DNA from: Azolla caroliniana | Taxonomy: Eukaryota > Plantae > Polypodiophyta | Direction: 5' to 3' | DNA length: 64,000 nucleotides | Assembly: GCA_043228905.1 (NCBI GenBank) | Contig: JBHGNT010000008.1 | Location: forward strand, 6,448,001-6,512,000 | Shown here: piece after piece, positions 1 through 13,000 of the stretch | Layout: every line of letters begins with the position of its first letter | Numbering within the stretch: position 1 is the first letter of the stretch | Made by a program: the position numbers and the translations under genes | Notes under the pieces: model-generated | Database searches by the model: none | Told to the model about the DNA's origin: nothing | Seen by the model: the letters and a program-made list of their open reading frames with translations, nothing else

Positions 1-3000
1 TGTACGATTTCCCCGTTCCACAAAAAATATGGTTTTGTAGTTAGGTGCAACCTATGCAGTATAATGTGTGAAGCGTGAGCCTCCACATTTGTCCCATGTC
101 ATGATACATTCGCGTTGTAAAATGGCCTCATTTACAGAGGAATCTAATGATGCATCATGAAGCAAGTGACTCGCATCCCATCTACCAAACCATTTTTCTA
201 TATCTTGCATCCAACTAGAACACAAAATTTTGCTTTTATGCGTCTTTTGGATCTTTTTGCTTGCTTCCCACGCAATTCTAGAAAGTCGATGTGAGGGACT
301 TTTTTGAACCTTAAGCATGTATTCAACAACCCTTTCCATGGCCATGATCTCAATGGGAAGCGATCTCGTCTCAAGGAGGAGGAGGGTGTAGGGTGTTTGT
401 TTCTTAACTTGTAGAAACTTTGTAAGAAAATGTTTTTGGACATTTTCAAACTCTTTCCACATAGATTTAGGGATGCTACCGCCCCATACTTCCACTCCAT
501 AGAGAAGAACTGGTGTCACCAAAGTGTCGAAAAGATATTTCTTGAGAACCCAACACTTAATATCTCCAAGATTGGATGTGTTCTCAAATGCATAGTATGC
601 TCGCCTACCCGCCTCTAAGTGGCGTGTAACACATTCATTCCATCTATGATTTGAAGGAACTTTAAGGCCAAGATATTTGAAGCTTTCCACACATTCAAGT
701 GGCTTATTGTTGTACATAATGCATGGTTTATTTCTTTTTTGGCTCTTCACAAGAATAATCTTTGTTTTAGAGCTATTGACACTTAATTTAGTATGAATGC
801 AAAATTTTTCCAATGCCTTCATAAGCTTTTGTGCATCTCCTAAAGTATTTTCAAAAAGCACTACATCATCTACATATAGCAAACGCATAATCGCAACATT
901 CCCAATGAAAACTTCTTCAACACATTATTCCTTTGCAAACTTGGTAACCATTTCTTCTAATTCATCAATGCATAGACCAAATAGTGCTGGCGAGAGTGGG
1001 CATCCTTTCTTAACACCAATAGTGCTTTTGAAAAAATCTGAATGTTTATCTCTCATGCACACACAACATATAACCTTCTCATAAATTCAGGAAATTGCAA
1101 GTATATATTCACTTGGCACCTCAAGTTCTTCCATTCGCCTCCAAAGATGCTCATGAGGTACCATATCAAAAGCTTTCTTGAAGTCTACAAAGCAACAATA
1201 TAAACCTTTACCTCTAAGGCGACTTTCCTCAATTAATACTCGACGGGTGATAAGGTGATCAATGGTGCTATGGTGTTTCCGAAAGTCAGCTTGTCCATAA
1301 GCTCTCTTACCATTTTTTTCAGCCCATTTACTTATCTTTGATTCCATTATACATCCAAATAGTTTTTCCATTAATGAGCCAACCATGATGGTTCGATAGT
1401 TGTTTACATTATTATATCTTTACCTTTATGTAAAGGTTTGATCCAATTTCTAGTCCAATGGTACGACATACCATGTTGCAATGCATCATTAAACATATCG
1501 CTTATCCATCCATATATGTGCTTCCTTTCCCGTCCATTTGAGCATTTCAGCCTTTATACATTGAAGATCGCTTGCCTTCCGTGAGGCCAATTTCTTAAGT
1601 CCTATGCATATATCTTCAATTGTAAAGAAGGGAGACATATGTGAAAGAGAACTATAACACATCATCTTTCCAACAAGAGATAACTCATATAAATTCTTAC
1701 AATGCATAGACAAGTTGTGAAGAGTTAAGTCACCATAACTCTAAACACGTTTCCTCTTTAGATTTCCCCAAAATTTAGCACATGCATGTGCTTTCTCTTG
1801 CGTTTGGATAAATTGTTGAGTAACTCCCCATATTCTTCTCTTTCTTTGAATAAGCCTTTTATACTCACGCAAATGCTTTTGGTAATTCTCTTTATCCTTA
1901 ACTACATCCAAAACCATAAGGCAATTTTGAGCTTCAAGACATTCTTGATCAAACCATTTTTTCCTAAGTTTCTTTGTGAATTTCCAAGATGTGCAGTTGG
2001 TCGAAAAACATTTGTTTGTACAGGAGAGAATGACTTTCCTGAAAACTTCCCATTTGCATTCTAGTGTGGCACCATGTTGTATCTTTGTCATTTGTAACAT
2101 ATCCTCAACCATCTTGGAATACATGGGTGCTCACTTAAGGTTCATGCTCAGGTGCGGTTATTTATTATCTTCAACGGCCTTCTCACAATCAAACCTATCC
2201 ATACATTTCAGATCAATACATAAAGGCTTATGATCGGATTCCGGTGTCCATTCACCAAGTGAGAATTTATGTATATGATCCAAATACCTTTAGAAAGTAG
2301 CATATAGTCAATCACACTATTTTCGTTGTGTTTTCTACATGTAAAACCATTAGTGTTGGGCCATAAGGAAATATCATTTGCAATAAGCAATCCGGTACTA
2401 TTGCACATTTGTAGGAGTAACATCCCAAATTGGTCCAGATCTTTTCCATTGCTAGAAGAGTGGCTATACATTTGTATATCCTCTTGCATCCTTGAGATAT
2501 GTGGCATGAAAGATTCTTGTAAATCAAGTTGGAAACTTATTGTACGAGAGTTCATGTCACCAAAGACAATAACATCCCCTTTGGATTTGAAATAAGCAAT
2601 ATCATCTTCTAGATTGGCAAAAGGTTGATCTTTATCCAAACAAGCATAAAAGTTAGAATCTTGATGAGGAATGTAACATCCAACTACACAACTGGGCAAA
2701 TCATTAGGTGTTTCTATTTTGAGCCATATGTAGCATTTATGTTCATCATTTTTTATGATTGACACATATTTCTCTATTTCCTTCTTAATCAAACATGCCA
2801 CCCCTCCTTGTCCTCTTCTTTGCCTTGGATTTTTCTTCTATATCAAAGAGTACACATTATAGTTTCCTAAACATTGAATCCTTTGAGTATCATGCTCCCA
2901 TGTTTCAACAAGAAGTGTGATATCCGAGTCATCGGTGAACTCCTCTATGCCAAATCCCACATTCCATGGGTATCCATTGCAAATCCAAAAGCATGGTCGT

Positions 3001-3029
3001 AAAAGGCGTGGGTTAGTCTCATAGATCAC
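1..3029 (-). pseudogene. LINE ORF2 (apurinic endonuclease + reverse transcriptase), broken by stops and frameshifts
   Basis: ORF pieces 2838-3029, 2208-2801, 1741-2124, 1489-1713, 1087-1386 and 52-888 carry APE and non-LTR RT motifs. Confidence 0.92.
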
Positions 3030-3035
3030 GTGTCC

Positions 3036-3767
3036 CTATTTTCCTACATTTCCATCTTTAGGCACATCCTTAACCTTATTTTTTAATCTTTCTTCATATG
3101 CTTTACGGCGAGCATTTTGTTGTGAGATAGTACGATCTTCACTCACAAAGCATTGCGTACCTTTGAGGTATACCCAACTATTTTCGAGTATGATCCGCCG
3201 CTTTGTATCATCCATCATTGTGCATACAATAGGCCTTTCTCCGGAGTGAGTAACACCATGTTTCGCAACTCGGTGTGGCCCATATACATTCACATCTGAC
3301 ATCCCATAATGCATGCTAAAAAATTCACCAATGACCTTTCCAAGGGATGCGGGTGTTTCCATACTCTCTTCTTTAATCGCATGGACAACAATGTTCTTTG
3401 ATCGTCCTTCACGTTCTTTCAATTCTCAGATATCTATGCTTTCTATATTCTTCTCTTGATGCATCACATGCATATTAGATGAGTTTGATAGCACATCCCC
3501 ACCCCATACATCGGCCCATTACTTCGTTGTACATACATTTTTCATCTCACTTACATCCCGCCTCATCGTGTCCAATTTTTCTTCTTTTAATGATTCCTTT
3601 AACTCAATCTTGTTAAGGCGTTCATTTGTTTCAATAGAAGCTCTTTTACATTCTTGAATCTCTTCTTGAAGTTTTGCAACCACTTGTTTAAGACTTTTAT
3701 TCTCAATGATAACACTTTGGAGCTTAGCATTTGTGAAAGTGTTTTTAGAATCTAAGCCATTGAACAT
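3036..3767 (-). pseudogene. LINE ORF1 (coiled coil + RRM-like/CTD region), split by stops
   Basis: Heptad-rich segment (KSLKQVVAKLQEEIQEC...) followed by ERxGRSKNIVVHAIKE...HRV...RPIVC...LKGTQCFVSEDRT, typical of L1/CR1-type ORF1p. Confidence 0.75.
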
Positions 3768-4898
3768 GAGAAGAATATAAAGTATGGATAATTCACATTT
3801 GGAGGCTAAGAACACGAACCAAGACCTTGGGAAGAAGTCAAAAGTAAAAGTAAGAGACCAAGAGAAAAGTAAAAAGAGAAAAAGCGGACCATAAAAAATA
3901 GTAAACAAGGAATGGTTACAACTCCTTCTTTTTTCACCCAAATATTATGTTTAAATATGGGTTAGAAAGCTTGTAAAGACAGCTATCTATAGCGTTTTAA
4001 ATCACTAAATTTGGGTCTTTGATGAGGGAGATATGACGATTAGAAGGTCGCTGGGTCTTAACTAAAATTAGGAGATAAAAAGCTTCTAAAAATAGCGTGA
4101 ACGAGGAAGAAGAAGAAAATTATAAAAGAGGAAGTGATTGGCTTAGAAGAGGATCCTAATAGAGGAGTCTTAGGAAGAGGTATCTTAGTGGAAGAAGATG
4201 GTTCTTAGTAGTGGGTTTGAGTGATGGGTAGTAAGAAGGTCTTTGGTTTCTTAGTTGAATGTGGAGTTTATCTCCTTTGTATTGTCTTGATATTGGAATA
4301 TCATAACAATCTTATCTCTTTCTCATCTTCTCTATGTTTTTTCTTAATTTCTTGAGTCTCTCTCTCTAATTTGTAGATACCTTGATCTCTAATATATTAT
4401 GGTTTGGTCAAGCCTTCATATAGTGTAAGATTACCCTTTGTCTTAAACACCCTATGAACATTCTCTTTCATTAACATCCTAATCTCTTTACCTTGCTTGT
4501 TTATGGTTTCTTGAAGAGAAATCCAGTGACTCATAAGCATTTTGTCCATTCCATTGGAATCGAGATTTATTGGTGATCTCGGCTCATTATCAATCATACC
4601 CCCAAACTTTGCGGCGGCTTTAAGAGTATTTGCCATTGTAGGGACAAACCCTATGGGAAGAGAGAGACAGAGAGGGAAGGGGAGAGAATGTACCTTTCAC
4701 TCGATTTAGGGCTTCAAAATCTACGTTGCGTTTGAGGAACCGTCGTGCAAAGATGGTTGTGGATGAAAATGCTCATAACTTCTGGCCACGGTAATGGAAT
4801 TCAGTAAATAAACATTCTTTAGAAAGCTCTCTGAAAGAGCTTTCCAACGAGCTATAGATTGTAGAAAACGATGGCTGGAGTGAACTTATAGGGAGCTT

Positions 4899-4902
<4 letters not shown>

Positions 4903-4955
<53 letters not shown>
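4903..4955. repeat. (GA)n microsatellite
   Basis: About 26 GA units visible directly. Confidence 0.95.
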
Positions 4956-4957
<2 letters not shown>

Positions 4958-5069
4958 ACAAGAAAATAAAGAAAAACTAAAAGTTGTATTAACACTAGCA
5001 AGAATGAGCCAACAACTTTATATGCCTCTAAGAGATAAAGATTCAATGGGAAGGATGCTCCTGCTACCT

Positions 5070-5820
5070 AAAGGCATATAAAGCTGAGATACTGATGAGG
5101 GACATCCCTAAAGCAAAGCAATTGAGTGGCTTTGCGAGAGTTGTAATGCCAAGTCTCCACGGGGAGATACACGAGATGATTGTAAAGAGCCACGATTGGT
5201 GGAGTTTGAAAGACGACTGCTTGAAGAGTATGACCTAGACAACTCCTTGTGAATGACCAAGAAAGACCTAATGGACTAGGTTGAGCTCCCCGGGAAAGGG
5301 AGAAACACAATAACGATACTTCAAGATTTTGAGAAGCATTTCACTCGCCTCTCGACATTTGATAGGACGGTGCTCAACACGCGTAAAGTCTTATTATTTC
5401 TCAAAGTGGTGGACGTGCCAGATAGGGAGAAGGTCGGCTCCTTACTTATGGATTGAGCAGTGGTGTACCTTGCGGGAGAAGAGTGATGTACCTTGCGGGA
5501 GTCCCCTAGGCCCCTGAAAGGGGGAGTCTAGTAAACTTAGGGTCGAGGTCTACAATAAATGTGGTGGAAGGATTGACCGAAGGATTAACCATTGAAGAGC
5601 TCACAAAGATGGTGCATGCCCTTCAGATAGCACAATCAAGGAGAGAAGGTGGGTGTTCCCCTCAAATCAATGTCTTGCAATGGCGCAAAGATGCATGTGG
5701 TACAACAACAACAACAACCACCTACGAAGGGAGTGTGAAGAATTCCAAGGGGCATTATGAAGAAATATAGACTATTTTGTTGGCAACAAGGTCCATTCGA
5801 TGAAAACCAGGCGCCCCTTG
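5070..5820 (+). mobile_element. Degenerate gypsy gag fragment (same group as 15.5-16.3 kb)
   Basis: GLTIEELTKMVHALQIAQ matches GATLEELTKMVRDLQIVQ at 16073; nucleotide similarity of 5350-5420 to 15780-15850. Confidence 0.75.
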
Positions 5821-5904
5821 GAATTGAACACAACACGTCAAAGTTGTCCACTACTTTTGGCCATAGATCCTGGAAAGGCCGGTTTTGAGAGGTTGTCCGC
5901 TACT

Positions 5905-7011
5905 ATCGTCTCCGGTTTCGAAAACTCCCGGTTGCTCCGGCTTTTCCAGAAACGAGAACCACTCTTTGTGGCTTGTCATGTGATTAGATGCTCCAGAGTA
6001 AACGTACCATACTTCCTCCGATCTAGAAGTGGTCTTCTTCATTGAGTTCTCCTTGTGCTTCATCACGAAGGTTGGCCATTGTCTGGTCTTTTTGGTTCCA
6101 GATCCTTCCGATCCTTCTGCATAGTGCAAGCTTTGCCAACTCCCTTGCCCCCGGCCTTATCGGATCTGAATTTATCTGAATCGGCACCTTTTTCTAGCAC
6201 TCACTCTTGTCGTGGCCTTTCTTGCCATAGTACCAACATTCCATGTCGGCCTTTCCATGCCAGTTTCCGGCACTACTTTAAACCTCCACGCCCACGGGGC
6301 CGATCCGCCTCCGTGTACAACATCCAACTGTCCGATTGAGTGGTCCTTGACCCATTCGCGTGGTTTTATTCGACCATAAGCATCGATTGTAGGTCGAAGA
6401 GGGACGATTGTGTCGAAGAGGGACGATTGTTTCTCTCGGGTGAGGATAGTGGTTTGGATGGGCCCGTACCTTTGAGCTAGACCATCGAGACAAATGTCCA
6501 CCATTTCGTCCTCGTTTATCGTGAGTCAATAGACCCTAATACATTGCAAATCTCCTTTATCTTCACGATGTAGTTTGAAACTAACATATCTTTTTGTCGG
6601 ATATTGTTCATTTCTTGCCGAAGCTGTGGCTTCGGGGCTGAGGTACTTGCGGCGAAAATGTTTTTCAGATTTTCCCAGGCCTGTTTCGGCGTCTTAACAT
6701 CTCTGATGTAGCTGATTGTCTCGTCGTGCATGAAGGATGCAAGGCAGTATAGAACATTGCTTGATCCTTGTTTCCATGCCAAGAACTCCTTTTGTGATGA
6801 CTCCGGCGCTATTTCTTTCGCACCCTCAACGTAACTCCAGTATCCATGTCTAACCAAATACTAGTGCATCGTCTATGACTAGGATGCATAGTTGTGTCGG
6901 TCAAGCTTGCCCTACCTCAGTCCATCTTTCGCTCTTTACTAGGTGTTAGGGTTTGTCTTCAATCATCGCTTGTCGGTTGTAGAGGTTCACAACCCTCGCA
7001 CTTTGATACCA
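5905..7011 (-). mobile_element. Ty1/copia family A, 5' part (PBS, gag, protease), degenerate
   Basis: HGYWSYVEG...QLRQEMNNIRQ gag and EEVWYVYSGASNHMT protease, homologous to 60329-61500; PBS directly next to the LTR. Confidence 0.9.
7001..7011 (-). promoter_or_regulatory. Primer-binding site (tRNA-iMet type, TGGTATCAAAG)
   Basis: Plus strand ctttgatacca abuts the LTR edge at 7012. Confidence 0.85.
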
Positions 7012-7440
7012 TGTGAAAGATAATATGCGGAAGCTTTGACTAACCGGTTTCTCCGGATAGCAATAGGAAACTAAGAATGAAGGTTTAATGGAAGCTTAAG
7101 AACAAAGAATACATGGGAGTGACAGAGAGAGTAGAAAGAATAAAACTAAATTCAAAATAATAACAGCACATAGAATGTGCTCAGTGAGCACTTTTATACA
7201 AGCCCATAAAGGACTGACAAGTACTTCAATGCTCATACGAGCGATTGACAATGACTCCAAGGAATCTGCCTATGTACTAGGCTAGATTCGTAGGTTTCTA
7301 ATGGCCTACTAGTTACAATCCGATCTGGCTCTTGGTTCCGGATACGAATTTGGACACTGATCCGGTTCTCCGTTCCAGATACCGATCCGTCTCTGGCTTG
7401 TTCAGCTGATCCGGATCTAGTTGAGCATGTTCGTTCAACA
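7012..7440 (-). repeat. Copia A LTR shared between an upstream PPT and a downstream PBS
   Basis: TG...CA termini (tgtgaaaga...ttcaaca); PPT complement ctccccct at 7441-7448 and PBS complement at 7001-7011. Confidence 0.85.
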
Positions 7441-9168
7441 CTCCCCCTCAAGCTCAACTTGAGGTCATATCGCAGTGTCAGTGTCTATGTCTGTCGGTCC
7501 TCTTCTCCCGCTCTACCTTGTATCTTCCCGCTCGTGCTCCACGTCCGATTTGGTTCTGCTTTCCTTGACCCGTCTGGTTCTGCACTCCTCGACCTTCTCG
7601 GTCGGCTTGTCTGCTTAGAAGGCCCATTTCAGCTCTTTTGCTGTTACGATGCCAACACGTCTCGACTCATCAGTTCCTTCGTGTCAGTGTCGACTTCTAC
7701 GGCCTCCTTATCCATTTGACCTTTAGTTGATTCAGCTCCTCTGAATCGAACTCCTCTATAGAATCGGTTACCTCCAATTCGTTCCAACACTTGTTCGAAT
7801 TGGCTGTCCCTAATTCGTCATCAGTCTTCAGGCCCTTCACTACATCGGACCACGTCTGAGTCTTGGCATTTTTCTTCTGGTCGGCTCCGTCTCTCATGAC
7901 TCTGCTGTTGTCACCACTTACTCTGACTTTTTCGGATGTTCCAACTCCTTCGGTTGACTCGACTTCATTTTTCTTCTTGTCTCCCCGTGTCTTCCCGGCT
8001 CTTTGTCAAGTGCCATATCCTGCCTTTCCGGTTTCTGTTCCGGTTCTCCCCGTACTAGTATCGGTTCTCCCCCTTAAGTGCGGCATGTCGAGATGTTGAA
8101 GACCAAGCATCTCCGAAAAATGTGTCAACTTGTCCATTCTGAGGGCCTTGGTGAAGATGTCGGCAACCTGTCGATCCCTCTAAACATACCGGAGTTCGTC
8201 TTCACCATTGAGGACCCGCTTGCGCACAAAGTGGTAATGCACTTCTATGTGCTTGGTCTGAGCATGGAACAAAGGGTTCATGGCTAGCTGCATGTTGCTC
8301 ATGTTGTCGTAGTGAATCGGGACTTGGATTCGGAGGTGTTGCAGCAACCGCCGAAGTCAGATGGATTCACATGTGGCAATGGTAGCGGCTTGACTTAGCC
8401 TCAATGCTCGAAAGAGCCATAGTCGGTTGCTTTGTGCTGCCAGCCGCGCTACCTAGAGAGAACATGAATCCAGAAGTGGACCGTCGATCCAACACATCTC
8501 TAGCCCAGTTAGCATCGGTATATCTGACTTGCTTCTCGGTTATACCATGTCGGTATAACAGTCCCCGGTCCTTTGTGCTGCTAACATACCGGAGTATCCA
8601 ATGCACGTATTGAAGATGCTCCATAGTTGGTTTCTGCATGAATTGACTGATTGTTCCGACTGGATAGCTAATGTCGGGTCAGGAGATCGTCAAATATATA
8701 AGGCTTCTGACAATTTTTCAGAACCGTTTCTCATCGCAGGTCGGTTCGGAGTCAGGACAAAGCTTCATGTTTCGGTCCAGGGGAGTGGAGACTGGTCGGC
8801 AATTTGTTCTACTGAATTTCAAGAGCATACTCAACACATAGTGGCATTGATTGATCATTATGCCTTCGGGGTTTTGGATCACTTCGATCTCGAGGAAGTA
8901 ATGAAGGTCTCCTAGAACCTTCATCTCGAATGATGCCATGAGCTTGGATTTGAGGCGACTGATTTCGTCCAGATCAGTGTCGGAGATGACTAAATCATCA
9001 AAATAAAGTAAAATACTAACTGGCCCATTCCGACCTTGTTGGATGAAGAGAGAAGAGTCTGATTTCGACGGAGCAAACCCCATCCGACGCATTCTTTGCA
9101 TGATTTTCGTGTTCGAGGCACATGGGGCTTGCTTGAGTCTGTAAAGGGACTTCTTCAATCGGCAAATG
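7441..9168 (-). mobile_element. Ty1/copia family A, 3' part (RT, RNase H, 3' region, PPT), degenerate
   Basis: KKSLYRLKQAP, LLYFDDL, YTDANWA...RRSTSG, ALSSIEA; PPT next to the LTR. Confidence 0.9.
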
Positions 9169-9352
9169 GTCTGACTCCAATACCCCCTTGGGTATTTCTG
9201 CTCTGTCCACTAGCTCGTACAGGTCTTTAACTATGAGAAGCTCTTCCATCTTTATCTTCTAGTCTGCATAGTTCTGTGAGTTCAGAACTATCATACTTGG
9301 GAAACTGCTAACACCTCCTTCCATGCTTGCACCTCAAGCTTTGATACCAGTT
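9169..9352 (-). mobile_element. Second PBS and gag 5' stub of copia family B, downstream of its 3' LTR
   Basis: PBS complement gctttgatacca 9338-9349, ATG at 9324; MEELLIVKDLYELV...IPKGVL near-identical to 13807-13990. Confidence 0.9.
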
Positions 9353-10056
9353 TGTTGAAAAATCGTTGCGGAATAGATCACAATAAACAACCTACGCACT
9401 GAAATACGAATTGCAGAAATACAGAAAGACAAGATAAACAGAAGTATACACAGAGATTTACGTGGAAACCCTAAAATGGGAAAAACCAGGGGAGCAGATT
9501 CTTCACTATACAAATAGTGGATATACAATAGCGAGAAGATTACAACACTCTCTCACGAGTGCATTAGCCGCACAGGACTCTTCGCATCTGTTGTTACACA
9601 CACAGCTATGGCACGACTCTTCCTTCTTCTCTCACACTAACTCTCTGCACACTCTGTTTCTAAAGTTCTAACTCTAATCATCATAGTTCTACACATAAAG
9701 TTTTCCCTAGTTGTATATATACCTACACAACTTTTTTGGCTATTTACATACGTAGCCCTCATGAGGCGCACACTTAGACTATTTACAGATATAGTCTCCC
9801 GAGTTCTCTATTTACACGATTCTAGCTATTTACTCATCAACTCGGCTCCTCTCTTTCCCATCTGGAGGGACTTGTTTCCACACATCATCATTATCATTAT
9901 TACTATAATGATAATAGTCAAATCTTCAAACAATTGACTCACTGTTTTCGACTCTTCGATTGTCGGCTTTCCGAACAGTTGGATCTTTCCTGTCATCTAC
10001 TGTCGGCTTTCCGATGAGTCGGTTCTTCCTCCCACTGGAGGGACATATTCCCAACA
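9353..10056 (-). repeat. Copia B 3' LTR
   Basis: tgttg...ccaaca; aligns along its length with 13991-14692. Confidence 0.93.
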
Positions 10057-10069
10057 AACTCCCCCTTCA

Positions 10070-13000
10070 CTCCTGTATTTTGTCGACAGACTCTGAATCT
10101 GTCCATAGGTAGGTTCTTCGTCAGCATGTCAGATCCATTGTCGTCGGTATGGATCTTCACAACGGAAAGCTCTCCTTCTTCGACTCTCTCCTGCAACCAG
10201 TGATGCTATCTCTGTACGTGCTTGGTCCGGGACTGGTATGCCACGTTCTTGGCTAGGTGTATGGCGCTTTGGCTATCACAATGAAGCAAGAAATCATTTT
10301 GCTTCATGCCTAGTTTGGTGAGAAAATTTCTCATCTAGATCAGCTCCTTTCCGGCTTCTACCGCTGCCATATACTCTGCTTCTGTAGTTGACAAGGCTAT
10401 AGACTTCTGCTGTCGTGATTGCCACGACATTGCTCCCCCTGCATAGGTCATCACGTATCCTGACGTGGATCGGCTCGAGTTGGCATCTCTTGACATGTCT
10501 GAATCGGTAAAAACTTCCAACATAGGTTTTCCGACACCATACCTTAGGCAAACCTCTGAGGTGCCTTTCAAGTACTTGAGTATCCACGTCACCGTTGCCC
10601 AGTGTTCTCTCCCTAGACTACTCATATATCGGCTTACTGCTCCTACAACAAATGCTATGTCCGGTCTTGTACAAACCATAACATACATCAGACTGCCGAC
10701 GGTTGAGGCATATGGTACCTTCCTCATCTCAGCCTTCTCCTTCTGCCCTTTCGGACACTGCTTCGCATTTAGTCTGCAATTTGTTGGTAGCACTGAGCCG
10801 ACCGACTTTGTGTTTGACATGTTGAATCTCTCTAGGATCTTCGTCACATACTTCTGATGTGACAACTATAGTGCCTTCCGAGCTCTGTCTCAGGTTATCT
10901 GCATTCCTAGGATTTGCTTTGCCAGTCCAAGGTCTTTCATGGCAAATGATTTGCCGAGAGCTTTCTTCAAGCTTTCAATCTTCCTTGCATCTTGGCCGAC
11001 TATCAACATATCATCAACATATAGCAAGAGAATCAAGAAATCTCCTTCGTACCTTTTGACGAACACACAATGATCGGCCTGTGTTTTCTGGAACCGATGT
11101 TCCATCATGAAGGACTCAAACTTCTTGTACCATTGGCGTGGAGCTTGTTTCAGTCCGTACAAGCTTTTCCTTAGTCGACACACCAAATTCTCTTTCCCTT
11201 TCTCCTCAAAGCCTTCGGGTTGATGCATGTAGATCTCTTCATCTAACTCCCCGTGCAGAAATGTGGTTTTGACATCCAATTGTTCAATGTCCAGATCCAT
11301 GCTGGCCGCTATGCTCAGAACAGTTCGTATGGATGTCATCTTCACGATTGGTGCGAATATTTCGTCGAAGTCGACGCCCTTCCTATGTTGGAAACCCTTC
11401 ACCACTATGCATGCTTTATACCTGGGCTCGCAGTCGACTTCTCCAGTCTTCACCTTGTAGACCCATTTATTCCTGAGTGCTCTCTTACCTTTCGGTAGCT
11501 CTACTAGGTCATAGGTGTAGTTCACGTGCAAGGATTCCATCTCCTCTTGCATCGCGTTCAGCCATTTTTCTCTGCTCTCGTGGGCAATGGCTTCTTCATA
11601 GCACTTTGGTTCACCGTCATTAGTCAAGAGGACATATTGACTAGCATATGCAATCGGTGCCTTCTTTTCTTTGAGTGGGTACCTTCATCCACTCGTTGTT
11701 GGCTCTCTTCCGGATGTCTTTGCCAACTCTTCTCTTTGCTCGGGATTTTGCTCATCAATCGGCATCTCGGATTTCTTTGACTGGGGAGTCGGTTCCGACT
11801 TGTGTTGCTTCTAGTCTTCAATTGTCTTGTCTTCTAGAAAGACTACATCTCGACTTCTCACTACCTTCTTGTCAACTAAGTCCCACAACCTATAGCCGAA
11901 CTCATGTTCCGAGTATCCCATGAATATGCATGCTTTCGACTTGTTGTCGAGCTTTGACCTATGATCCTTTGGTACATCCATATTCACCAAACATCCAAAC
12001 ACCCTCTGGTGTTGGTAGGAGGCATCCTTCCCTATCCATAGCCTTTGTGGGACATCACCCTTTAGAGGTATAGAGGGAGACCTGTTGATCAGGTAAACAA
12101 CTGTGTACATCACCTCAACCCAAAAGGATTTTGGCAGTTTCGCATGAGAGAGCATGGTCCTCACTCTCTCCATGATCGTTCGATTCATCCTCTCTACAAG
12201 CTCGTTCAACTCTAGGGTCTTTGGCACTATGTATTCGATCCGAATACCTTGGCACTTGCCGTATTCCTCGAACTGCCCTCTGTACTCGCCACCATTGTCG
12301 GTTTGAATAACCTTCAATTTCCGACCCAACTGTCTTTCAACTCTTGCCTGGAATTCCTTGAAAACTGACAGTACTTGATCCTTCGTCTTCAATACGAAGG
12401 CCCATGTTTTCCGACTATAGTCGTCAATGAATGGCACGAAGTACTGTCCTCCTCGATGCGATGGGGCATCCACATAGCACACATCCGTGTGCACTAGTTC
12501 CAGTGCAGCTTCTCTTCTCGTCAGTGGTCTCGTGTGGCATGCCGTCCTAGTCTGCTTTCCGGCTAAGCAGTTGACACACTTCTCCAGGTGCACTCCCTTG
12601 ACTTCTGGTAGAAGTTCTTGGTCGGCTAACAAGTGCATTCCCTTCTCGCTCATGTGGCCTAGCATCTTATGCTATATCTCCCTTGCCGAGTCAGCTACCA
12701 CATTTACTTCCGATTTGCACAGTCAGGCATGCATCATGTATAAATGTGCCTTCTTTCTGTGCTCGGGCCACTATAAGGTTTCCTCGACAGAACTTCCACT
12801 TGCCATTCCGAAAACTACCATTGTAGCCTTCGTCATCAGGCCTTCCAATCGATATCAGATTCAATCTGATATCGGGGACGTGTCGAACATCCTTCAATGT
12901 TAGTCGACACCCTGTCGACGTCATTAGGCACACACTTCTGACTCCGATTATCTTGCTCTCCTCACTATCACTCATCTTTACATAGCCATGATCCCCGACT

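Larger units (their letters stand above)
1..3770 (-). mobile_element. Degenerate LINE (non-LTR retrotransposon) with ORF1 and APE-RT ORF2; 3' end runs off the window
   Basis: Minus-strand ORF fragments in the order ORF1 (3767-3036), APE endonuclease (ETW; GDMNSRT; SVIDYMLL) and RT (GQADFRK, CFVDFKKAFD, LLYVDD, FKYLG). Confidence 0.93.

Noticed and set aside
5837-5905. Possible Tc1/mariner terminal repeat (minus strand ctatggccaaaagtagtggaca)
   Set aside because: Only a single short resemblance, with no partner TIR, TA duplication or transposase; more likely junction filler.
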